The notes below the pieces were generated by a model, which worked only from the letters and a program-made list of their open reading frames with translations, did no database searches and had not been told where the DNA came from. A program made the position numbers and the translations under genes. A stretch of 63,941 bases of DNA, filler included, from Rhizaria sp. SCN 62-66 (taxonomy: Eukaryota): the NCBI GenBank assembly GCA_001724265.1. It is 3 parts of 3 records of this genome, joined end to end, with 100 filler letters (N's around TTAATTAATTAA, not from the genome) between each part and the next. Parts side by side here need not be neighbours in the genome. Positions count along the whole stretch, not along the records: positions 1 to 28,051 come from MEDY01000392.1; 2 more parts are not named here. One strand, given 5' to 3'. Positions 1-11,200 of this stretch are shown here, one piece after another (position 1 is the stretch's first letter; every line of letters starts with the position of its first letter).

Positions 1-809
1 CAGCGACGCATACACGGGCGAGAAGTGGGGCTCGTTGACGGCCTTCTCGAACACAGCCTTGACGATCTGCTTCAGCAGCTCCTCGTTTGTGATGTGCATG
101 TTGAGGATCTGATCAGTAAGCTTCTCTGAATTCTTGTCCGTAAGCTTGTTGAGCACCTGCATCACCTCGCACAGCACCTTCTCGTCGCCCTCGACGTCGC
201 GCTTGACCACGTAGGCCGTGTTGGACTTGACCAAGGGCAAGTACTCCTTGAGGTCGAAGTGGCGCCCGCGGCTGCCGCCGCCAAGGCACGACATACGGTT
301 CTCGAAGGTCTCCGCAGATGGTGCAGCGGCAGCTGAGATTGTTGAGTCTGGCCCGTCAACAATGTTGGACTTCTGAGCCAGTTCAGCCACCTCTGCAGGC
401 GCGGTCTCCGTTTTCATCACGTTAGACGTGGGGTCAGTGGTCTGATCAACGTCGGGACGCTCTGACAGCTCAGCAGCCTTGGTCGCTTCTGCCACTGTCG
501 AGGAGGACGTTGAATCATGACAAGCAGTCTCGGCCTGTTGTTTACCAAGGTGGAACGGAGAAAATGCGTGTTAGGATTTGTTTATATTTTTGACATGTCG
601 ATGTGGAACGCGTTCTATCTGTACAAAATGGAACCTGAGTAGCCTAATATGTGTCTTGGAAATCGTGTCCAGGAAATTGTTTGATGGGCAGGTGATTATA
701 GTTCAGGTATTCGTACCATCTTGCAGCTCTCGCCAGTAGTTACCGGCGAATCATCATACAACGTAACAGGAGAGCGACCGCAGAGCACCTCAGCGATCTC
801 TTCTGACAT
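1..809 (-). CDS. eIF4G-like MIF4G domain protein, 3' partial (runs off the window start); exons 809-717 and 534-1
   Basis: Not in the ORF track. ATG at 809, phase-0 intron 716-535 (GTACGA...CAACAG). Exon 2 reads EKVLCEVMQVLNKLTDKNSEKLTDQILNMHITNEELLKQIVKAVFEKAVNEPHFSPVYASL, matching the start of the eIF4G MIF4G domain (ILNKLT...IFEKAxxEPxFSxxYA). Confidence 0.8.
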
Positions 810-2165
810 AGGATGATTCACTTTGTTGCAGGGCGAGTTTGGTCACGACAGGGTAGGGGAGCAGGAACGAAGGTTGTGAGTTATATTCGTTGTTGTGAAA
901 AGAGAAGTTTAAGAGGATATATAATACTGCATATCAAATAAGAGTCCTTTATCAAACCTACTAAACACGGAGTACAATAGCGTGGTTGTGAAGTTTTCAA
1001 TGTCTCCATTGATCGGACACTTGCCGAATCCGCAAAAATATCCGTACCTGTGGCTAAAATATCCGCAAAAAATTGTGGTGGAAATTGATTTTGTGATACA
1101 ATTGATACATATATTCTTATATTTATTGATGAAATCTGTGAAACTAAATGAACATGTGAACTATATATTTGATTATTACATGTAATTCTCGGCCTTAAAC
1201 TCGATTACCATGTGGTAGTCTTTACTTACTGTTTTCTGCCTGCTCAGCCTTGCCTACACAGGTGGGAGAGGCACTGTTGGGTGCGACGGAGCAACTGCAG
1301 AAACATGTTGTGCAGCAGGTAGTGAGTGGGCGCTAGAGTGGCTCATGAGCTCGTTTACGCGCGAGATGGCTGCCACGTTGTCCTCTGGGGAGCGCATACG
1401 GCCCTCAGTAACAGACAGCACGTCCAGCAAGAGCAGATTACTCAAGCCTCTCTTTGTTGTGAGATCAATGAATGAGAGGGAGGAGAGACGCGAGCTCAAC
1501 TCACGCCACTGGGGCGTACCACAGGGGCGTTTGTCGAGAAAAAGTGACGCGTTATTACAGGGAGAGGAGCAAACACCAACATCCAAAACAATGACGAGTG
1601 CGTTGTATTACGTACTGGCCATGTGTTACTAACAAAAGAAGCAATGTATACCTCAGATAACGATAGAACTCTGATGCATATCTCCTCGCATATAAGTAAT
1701 TTCACACATAGAAAAATATAGCTTTCACGTCGATTTATCTAAGTGACCTTGTTAAGGTCCCAACTTCAAGTCAATTGTCACTTCATATTGTACTAATTGT
1801 ACTAGTCGACGTTCTGAACCGAAAAATGTTATGGCGATTTCTGTTCTGTTTGATTTGTGGCGGCCTGGTTCGAGGTTCGAACAAATAGCGGATTTGTCCA
1901 CGTAATAATCTGTTTGAGAGATTGAGAACATTTCTACATACAAACCTATTACATCTATTTCATATTTCTGTTCTATTACGTGATCACGTTGTTATGTAGC
2001 AGTGTATGTCTTTTTGATGTTTCCACCATGAGTCCACAAGACTCAGCTGACGCACCTGCTGGATAGGCGTTTCAATCCTCTTGCTTTCTTTCGTTTCTCA
2101 CAAAACTTTCTGTCTTGTATAACCCACCTTTTATGACACCTTTCCACAGACTTCTCACGTGGAAG

Positions 2166-5100
2166 ATGTCGCAACCCGTCGGCAATTTCTCGTCTGAGAA
2201 CCAGACTGCGGGGTCGATCCCCGCGTCCGTCTTTGCCCCCGCCGGCAGCGCCCCCGTCGCGCCCGCGGCGTCCGACAACGGCTGGGGCGGCCCTTCCGTC
2301 TGGGACGCGCCGATCCCTTCGCCGAACTTTCCCACGCCCGTCTCGGCGCTGCCCGCTGGCACGCTGACTTCGATCGGCTTCCAGGACCTCGGTCTGCCCG
2401 CGTTCGGCGGCTTTGGCGACCTCAGCGCGCCTGCTTTCACGGCCTCCGCGCCCGCCGGCGCCGACTCAACCAACGACGCCTTCTTCGCTCTGACTTCCTC
2501 CCTGGGTGATCTCACCCTTGGCGCGCCCCCCGTACCCGGCGCGGAGCCCGAGCTGCACAAGCAGCGGCCCATGGCCACGGCTGCCGAGATCGCCGCCTCG
2601 GCCGCCTCCGCCACCTCCGCCGCCATCGCCGCGTACAACACGCGCGGCGCCGTGGCGGCCGACGACGGAACGGCCCCGCGCGTGCGCCGCATGCCCCCAC
2701 GCTGGTTCATCCCGCTGCCGCGCCACAACTTCGAACTGGTGACGCCCTCTGAGCTCTCGATGGTGATGCGCACTATGATCGCCTACATCGAGAAGTTCGA
2801 CCCTTTCTCCAACGACTACTACCGCCAGGTTATCCTTACGCGTCTCGGCCGCCGCACCGAGGGCAACACCGTCGCGCCCCTGCCCGACCGCGAGGACAAG
2901 AAGGACAAGCCCGCCGCCGACGCCGACACCGCCGCCGCCGCGACTGACGCCGCCGCCGCCGCCGACAAGGACGCCGCCGCTGAGACTGCCGCCGCGGAGG
3001 ACGGCGCGGCGCCCGCGACCGCGACGGCGGACAACGTGCAGGACCGCGTTGCGCTCGACGCGGGCGCGCTGCAGTCGCGCATCGACGCCGCCATCACTGC
3101 TGCCGCCAAGCGCGCAGACGCCACCGCCGCCAAGCGTGACGCCGTCGCCGCCGCTGCCGCCGGCGCCGACGCCGCCGCTGCCGGCGCCGCTGACGCCGAC
3201 GCCGAGGCGGACGCGGGCCCGCGCCTGCGCGCGCTGGGCCGGCTCACCCGCACCTCGCTGCGTGGGCCTGCGCGCATGCTCTCGCTGGCTACGCTCGCTG
3301 GCGCCAGCGCCAGCGCGGCTTCCGACGCGGCCGCGGGCGCCGACGCGGCCGCGCTGGCGGATCTGCCCCCGTCGCAGGTGAACCTGTTCCAGGGCCTGAC
3401 GTACCCGTACCTGGTTGAGGAAGGCTTTGCGCGCCTCATCGCGATCGAGGACTTCGACTCTATTCTGTCGTCGATGCCCGCGCTGCCGCCCGCCGAGGTG
3501 GTTGAGGGACCCGAGCAGGAGGCCGCCGCGCGCGCCGCCGGGCGCCGCACGCTGGCCGAGCTGCGCGCCGAGCGCGCGACGCTGCTGGCGAACCGCAGCG
3601 TCGAAGTCGGCGAGCTGCTCAACGCGCTCGACCTGCAGTACCCGCTGCAGGCCGCCGCCGACATGTGCAACCACGTCGCCGCGGCGCACGCGCAGGCGCA
3701 GGCGACGGGCTCGGCCGTGCCTGCTGTTGCGCTCGAGCCGCTCGTGGCGGCGTACCACCAGCTCGCCGCGCAACAGCAGGCGCTGGGTGACGACGACGTG
3801 GTGTCTGTGTCTGACCCCATGACGTGCGCGCTGCTCGACACCGAGGAGGCGACGCGCTTCGGCGTGTACTTCGACTCGGCGCTCGTGTACAACCTCTGTC
3901 TCAGCTCCAAGGGGCAGCTGCTCTTTATGCGCGCGCTCGTGCTCGCAGGCGCGCCCACCTCGTACCGCCTGTTAGGTGTGCTGCTGCACAAGCTGGCGCA
4001 CTTCGCGGCGCACGTGACCACGCACGCGGACAAGATGGCGCAGGTCGTGACGGCCGCGCTCAACTCGGCGCCCGTCTCGGTGTTCCTCCGCTCCTGCGCG
4101 CAGGTCGCCGACACGCTCGTTGCCGCCTACAGCCAGTCGCCAGAAGCGCTGCGCGCGCTGCTGCAGTCGCGCATCACGGTCGCTGTGCTGACCACGCTCC
4201 TCACGCGCGGCTTCTCGCTCAAGCAGCAGCTCACGCAGACCGAGGGCTACCGCGGCCAGTACGCCGCGCACGTGTCTGCGCTGTCCGCGCGGCGCGATGA
4301 GATCCGCGCCCGCGCGACGGCCGCGATCGACCACGCCGAGAAGATCTTCGCCTCGCTCGCTGCGCCCGCCACGGCCCCGACCGAGGTCTTCTTCCCGCCG
4401 CACGCGACGCCCAGCGCGGCCGAGGTTGCCGCCGTGGCGGCGCTCGACGAGCCGTCCCGCGCGCGTGCGCTCGACCGCCTGGCCAAGGCTGCCACGGCGC
4501 AGTCGATGCACCTGTCGCAGGTCATGCAGAGCATCTCGGGCGAGATCGCCGCCGCCGAGCGCGCGGCGCAGGGCGTGGTCGAGACCGCCAACGCGCTCGT
4601 CGCCGTCGTCGCGCAATGGGAGGTTTCGTTCCTCCAGAAGGTCATGACCGTTTTCGCCGCGACCGCCGAGTCCGTCAAGAGCTCTGCCGCCGCCGCCGCC
4701 ACCGACGCTGCTGCGGCTGCTGCCGGTGCGGACGCGACGTCCGCGGCAGTGGCCGCGTTCGGCGAGTGGCTGCAAACGCTTTTCGCGGGCATGCGCCGCG
4801 AGAGCGCGTCTTCGTTCTGGGGCTCGTGGTGGCGCGGCGTGTCGGTCGTGCCCGACGACGCCGCGCTGGCCGCCATCGAGGCCACGGCCGCCGCCGCCGC
4901 GGCTAAGGCCGGCAAGCAGGGCGGTAAGGGCGCCAAGACCCCCGCCAAGAAGACTGCGGCTACCAAGGACAAGGCCGACGGGAAGACCGAGGACAAGGCC
5001 GAGGACAAGGACAAGAAGGACGCCGATGCCGACGACAAGGACTCCGAGGAGTCCGAGGCCGAGGACGCCGCTGACAAGGACGACAAGACCGATGAAAAGG

Positions 5101-6889
5101 ACGATGCCGCCGCCGACAAGGATGCTGCTAAGGACGACAAGGAAGGTGCTGTTGCCAAGGGCCAGCTCGCCGTCGCGGCCTCCTTCGTTGCCCGCTCGCG
5201 CCCCGTCGCGTTCGCGCGCGCGCTGCGCAAGATGATGCAACCCGTCGTCTTCCCGGCGCACACTAAGCCCGCGCCGCTGGCGCCGCCCGCGGCGAGCGCG
5301 CCCGCATCGTCCGCGGCCACCGAGGCGGCCCCGCACGTGGTGGCTTCTCGCTATACCGAGGGCGTCTTCGCCTCGACCGCCGTGGCCGCGGCCTCGCGCC
5401 GCCCCACGGCCGGCCGCCGCTCCCCCACGGGCTTCGCCGCGGTCGAGCACGTGTGGGAGATGCTGACCGCGTTGTTCCTGCACATCTGCGCGACGCCCGA
5501 GCTTACCGCCGCGCACAAGTGGTTCTCGGCGGCCCTCGCGCCGTTGGTGGCCGCCGAGCTCAACGTCTTCATCGAGCGCGCTCTGTCGGCCATTTTCTTC
5601 CCCTCTGTCACGACGCCTTTCCCAGGCTCGGCCGACGAGGCACTGAGCCTGCCGCTGTCGGTGCGGCTGATCGTGATTAAGGTGCTGGGTCAGGAGGCGC
5701 TCGATGCGCTGACAAAGGGCATGGCTGAGGTCTACGCCGACGCCCCCAGCCCCGCGCTGCTGGGCTTCGTCAAGGGCGGCCGCGCCTTCCCCGGCCCCAG
5801 CCACGGCCCCCACGGCCACGGCCACGGCCACGGCCACGGCCACGGGCATGCCCACGGCCACCCTGCCCACGGTCACCCTGCCCACGGTCACGGCCACTTC
5901 CAGCAGCAGCCTGGGTTCCGCCCTCACGGCTCCCAGCAGCAGCAGCAGCAGCAGCGTCCTGGCCAGTTCGCGCCGCACAACGCCGGTGGCTACCGCTACG
6001 CGCCTCACCACGGCAACGGCAACCAGCAGTTCCAGCAGCAGCAGCAGCACTTCCAGCAGCACCTCCGCGGCCCCAGCTACGCCTCCGCCGCCGCCGCCGG
6101 CCCCGGTGGCGCCTCCAGCGGCGTGCGCTCCTACACCACCCAGGGCTCCACTGCCACCGCCACCGCCAAGGACAACAGCAGCAGCAGCGCCACTGGCAAC
6201 GCCGCTGGCCCGCTCTCGTTCGCCGCAATCCTCCGCCGCCACCCGGGCGCCGCGGCCGCTGAGTCCGTCGACAGCGCGGCCGGCGACGCCAAGCCCGCGA
6301 AGCCCGCGAATGCCGGCAAGGCCGACGCCGACGCGGTCGAGTCTGCCGGTGACGCCGACAAGCGCGGACCTCGCGCGGGCCCCCAGGGCCTGCAGCCGTA
6401 CAACAAGCAGAACGTGCAGCAGATGCAGCAGCAGCACCAGGGCCCGCGCGGCGGTTTCCCCTTCCCTCAGGGCCCCCAGGGCGGCAACGGCATGCCCCCG
6501 CACATGATGATGATGCCCCCCGGTCCCGGCCACCCGGGCATGATGATGCCGCCTCCCCACGGTATGATGCCCATGCCCGGCATGCCCATGATGGGCCCCA
6601 ACGGCATGATGATGCCCCCGCCTCCTCAGTATGGCGGGATGATGCCGCCGCCGCACATGATGCCCCCCGGCGCCCACGGCCTCCCCATGATGATGCCTGG
6701 CCACGGCCACCCCGGCGGCATGATGATGCCCCCGCCCCACATGCAGCCGCAGTTCAGCGGTAACGGCCGCCAGATGCCCCCCGGCATGCACCAGCTGCCT
6801 CCGCATATGCGCAACGGCGGCGTCGGCGGCTTCCCTATGCCCCAGCAGCCTCAGCAGCCTCAGCAGCAGCAGCCTCAGCCCCAGCCTCC

Positions 6890-6928
<39 letters not shown>

Positions 6929-7043
6929 CGGCCCCCGCCCCCAGCAGCAGCAGCAGGGCCAGGGCCAGGGCCAGCAGGGCAAGGCCTGGAAGGCCAAGGG
7001 CGACAACAAGGGTGGTAAGCCTGAGTCCGGCGACAAGAAGTAA
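2166..7043 (+). CDS. PAT1: Pat1-like mRNA decapping activator / P-body scaffold with Ala-rich insertions and a His/Gln/Met/Pro-rich C-terminal tail
   Basis: Intronless ORF ending in TAA. LVTPSELSMVMRTMIAYIEKFDPFSNDYY, ALGRLTRTSLRGPARML, LVEEGFARLIAIED and LSSKGQLLFMRAL follow the order of conserved Pat1 blocks (LMTxxxxxxIxRxQ...DPYxxDYY; LGKxxxSSxxxPRxxL; IExxYxxLLxxED; xxKGKxxxxR). Confidence 0.72.
5811..5846 (+). repeat. (CACGGC)n coding repeat encoding a His-Gly run in Pat1
   Basis: Five perfect CACGGC units plus one CACGGG unit, read directly. Confidence 0.9.
6891..6926 (+). repeat. (CAG)12 microsatellite encoding poly-Gln in the Pat1 tail
   Basis: Read directly. Confidence 0.9.
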
Positions 7044-8236
7044 GCAAGTCAGTCAGTTCCTATGCGAGTAAGCGAGATCCTGCGTATTTTTACACTGCGT
7101 CGCTAGTTTTAGTAGTTTGTGTTGTATATTTTTTTTTAAAATGTTATGTGTGTTATGATAGATGCAAGATGAGTGTGGTGGTTTGGTGGCTATTATCTTA
7201 CTTCACTCACAGTCTAAGTTGGTTACGCACGCAATGTAGCGCTCTTGGGTTATAAATAGCCAGTGCTACCGTTGACGTAAGACTTGGCCGTGTTGAAGTA
7301 TGGGGAGACTGCACTAGTGGAGTTCAAAAGGGGGAGGTTTACACTTTAACGCGCACGTCACCGTGTTTTATTTCATAACGAGTTCATTCGATCAACACTG
7401 TATCATCAGCTATTCTTGGCGTTGGTGCATACGTGTACTGTGTTACTCGGATGTTTCTTGCTCGTGAAGTCGAGGCGTGGTATCAGGCGTGCGTAAGGGG
7501 CGCAATTCGCTCGGATATGATGTATTAAAGTTTTGATTACTGTAATACGTACCTTTTGATTTTGTATATGTATGTGTATGTTTTGTTGTTGTCAGTTTTA
7601 GTCGCTGCCGTGTGTCGGATCGCATTCTCTTTTGCAGACGCCGTTCAGCTCAAAAATGAAAAGCAAAGTTTCTAGTACAATTCTAAATCTAAAATCTTAA
7701 ACAACCGGTTTCTAATACATAAGTATTTATGCCACTCGCATGATATCTTGTTTGCCTTCTATGATGCTTTTCACTTGCTCAGTGTGCATCTCGGTTGTGG
7801 CAAGCGAGGGGGGTCATGGCCTTGGAGTCACGGTTTAGATGGTTTATTACTCTCGGTATTTCACAGCATATAAACCGTTCTCTGCGCAACTGTGTGATGA
7901 TATGGAACCAATGCAACAATTTTAATATTATACTTCACCATCATTTGAAAATAACACGATTCTCATGGTATTCCGCTTGCGAAAATCTTTTAACAACCAT
8001 TCTCATCTTCGTCCCTACACCCGCCCTTGATTTCCTTCTACCATGCTTCTGTTATCGCAGCCTTAGCACTGCTACTGGCTTTTATAGGTGTAGCGCAACA
8101 ATTTAGTTTGCAACAATACTGTTCTTGTTCTTAAGTCTGACGTACGCTTGCTCTAGCGCCCCCGGCGCCCTCCTTCGCCGCTCCACCACAGCTTGCCTTG
8201 CGCACGCCCGGCCGCGCAGCCCTTCCCGCTGCTGCC

Positions 8237-11200
8237 ATGCAGCCCCTGCCCACCTTCTCACGCTCGGCGACGATGCCTCACGATGCACCTCCGGATGACG
8301 CCTTTACGTTCATCCCCGGCTCTGCTTCGGGCGCGCTGAACTCTACCGCGAGCCACCTGCCCCGCCCTCCACCTCACTCTGCACATTCAACCTCTGCTGC
8401 CATTGCCACGGCGTCAAACTCATCCTCATCATCTGCCGCAACGACCCCGTTGAGCGCCGAGCCGTTTCCCGGTCACATTCTGCTCTCGTGCCGCGTGCGT
8501 CCCCCGCAGACGTCGTCCTGGCGCGCCGGCACCGGTTTGCCCGAGCGCGGCTCGCTGCCCTGCGTTTTCGTGGCCAATACCGACCGGCACGTCGTGCTCC
8601 GCAACCCCGTCGCCGGCGAGACCGTCTCGTTCGGGTTTTCTCGCGCCTTTGCCTCTGCAGCTACTGACGAGGACACTAACAACGCCGATGCAAGTAGCTG
8701 CGCTGCTGGTCCCAACGCTGCTGCCGTTGCGCCCCCGCTGCCAGTTACTGCTCTGCCCTCCGAGCAGAAGACCGTCTTTGCCCAGCTCGTCGCGCCTCTG
8801 CTTTCGCTCACCTACGCGGGCCTGAACACATCGTTCTTTGCGTTTGGCCCCTCGGGCGGCGGCAAGACGCACCTGCTGCGCGGCGCCAAGGGCCTCGTGC
8901 TGCGCGCAGTGCACGATGCGCTCCAGCGCGCGGCCGAGGCCAAGCGACGCTATGAAGTCACCGCCGTGCGCGTGCACATGGCGGCGATCCTCTTCCACTC
9001 GACCGGCTCCGTCGATCTTCTTGCGCCCACGTCAACAGCCCCCGCGCAGAGTGGCACCGGCGTCGCTGCCGGCGGCTCAGTGTTGACCCAGAGCGGCGAC
9101 GCAGCAGTGCCGATGGGTGGTGTTGCAGATGATAGCCCACACGCGTCGCTGGCCTCACTGGGATCATCGTTTGCGACTTTACCTAGTACACTCAATACCG
9201 GGGCGACTAATCCGGGCGCTGATGCTGCGGCGGCGCAACAGCAGCGCGCACCCGTGTTTTCGCTCTCGTTCCGCGACTGCACTCCGCTGAACGCGCGCTC
9301 GAATGCGAATCCTAACACTTCAACTGGCGTTGGTCCTTCGCCAAAGAACAATGTTGTGTCGCTGCCGGTGTCTGAGAGCGAGAACGTCACCTGGTCCGAG
9401 GTGGACTCGGTCCGCGCCGCCGTCTCGCTGCTGCGCCAAGCGCTGCTCGCACAGCATGCTGCAGAGTCGTCTGTGCCCGCGAGCCGGGCTGCTGGCGCAG
9501 ACAACCACCGGCGCGGCTCCATCAGCGACGCCGCTGCTGAGGCAAGCAGCGCGGTTAACACCAGGAGTTAGCAGCAGAGCTGTGCGTCCTTGAGAGATGC
9601 GCATGTTGTGTTTAGCCTGCGGATTACACAAGCGAATCCTAACTGGAGCACGTCTGACGCATCCAGGCCTCGTAACCTGAACGTAACTGCGGGCACTGGT
9701 GCTGGCCAGGCGCACAACGCGCACATCCACTATAACAGTAATGCTCCTGGCGGTGACGGTGACGACTTTGCGCACGGTGCACATTTTGACGACGCTGGCA
9801 AGTTGAGCTGTGTGACGGTAAGCCACGAGGCCGCGGTTGCTGAGGCCGCGCTTGATATGGGCGGCCTTGCCTCCATCCTCACCGAGGGCGGCTCAATCAT
9901 CACCGGCACGTCTGCATCCTCTCACTCATCGAACTCGCTGACGAGTGACTGTGAGCCCGAGTCCGCGGAGGGCGGCATTGGCGGCCGTGCTGGCTGGCCC
10001 TGTCCGCGTTATATTGTGTCTTCCATGCATTTTATCGAGCTACAGAGCAGTGAGTCTGTCATGCAGTCGGGATCCTCAGCTTTGAGCTCAGGCTCAAACA
10101 AGTCCGTGACCGGAGCTACAGCGCGCGGTGGAAACAGAGACGAGCCCGACACTGATGCGGCGTCGTCCTCCGTTGCAACCACGACGCCCGCAAACGCCGG
10201 TCACCAGCGCACTGGCAGCGGGGCGCCCTCCGCCGCCGGCGCGTCTGCAGTCGGCAGCCGTCCCTCGTCTTCCACGACCCCGTCCGTGCCCGCCGCGCTC
10301 GCCGCCGCGTTCGCGTCGCCCTCGGCGTCCGCGACCTCGCTGTCGCCGACTCTGCGCGCGCTCGCCGCGGTGCTCCGCGGTCCCTCGCGCTTTGCCTCCG
10401 CGCGCCGCGCGCTCGCCGCGCTGCCCATCACGCGTTACCTGGCAGACTCGCTGTATCATCCTGACGCGTTCGCGCCCGCCGCGGTCACTCTTCCTAGTGA
10501 CGACACTGCTGCTGCTGCCGCCGCTGCAGTCGCCACAGTGCGCGCTGCGCTTGCGACGGGTCCCGGCGACGCTGCGGCCGCAGTCGCAGCGACGACGGCG
10601 ACGGTTGTGCCTGCGCAGACGCTGCTGGCATTGGCACCGCGTATTCCGCAGGCGCCGTCTCTTGCGTGCCTCTCTGCCGGTCTGTCGCTCACCGCTCAGC
10701 TACCCGCAGTCGCGGACACTGCGACGCACGCGCATGCAGGCACTACTCTCTTGCCGTTGTCCTGGGCTAGCGCTCTGTCGCACACTGTAGCTGCCACAGC
10801 GGCAGCGACCGCGGCGACGACTTACTCCAACGCAGTAAACACTGCTTTCGCGGTGCCACCAGCGCTGTTTATGCCGCCGCCGTGTTGCGCGTTTGTGCTA
10901 ACTGTTTCTCCTGCCTCCGTCGCATTTACTGCGACGTACCAGGTTCTTCGGCTCGCGTCCGCTGTCTGCGGCATTGCTCCGAAGCGTGCCGCGCTGCCGC
11001 CTCAGAGGCTTGACCTGACGGTTGACCCCGCTACGGCAACTGCGCCTGCTAAGACTGCTTCCGCTGTTCCTGCTGCCGCGGAGGCGCAACGAGCGGCCAG
11101 GCCGAAGCGTGCGCCGGGCACTGCTTGGGGCGGCGATGACAGCGAGAGCAGCAAGGACGCCGCGCCTGCTGCTGAGCCAGCCCCGGCTCCGGCTGCTTCC

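Noticed and set aside
1220-1632. ORF 1586-1254 (-) ending in TAG and the overlapping ORF 1345-1632 (+)
   Set aside because: No recognisable domain and no consistent splice model. The TAG could be an intron acceptor (CCTGTGTAG). Not counted for or against recoding; a small spliced gene cannot be excluded.
9569-9640. Pyrrolysine insertion or viral-type UAG-CARYYA readthrough signal
   Set aside because: The 3' contexts differ at the four sites (CAGCAG, ACGGCA, GAGGAA, CGCGAG), no pyl genes are present, and site-specific readthrough would not explain the absence of TAG terminators.
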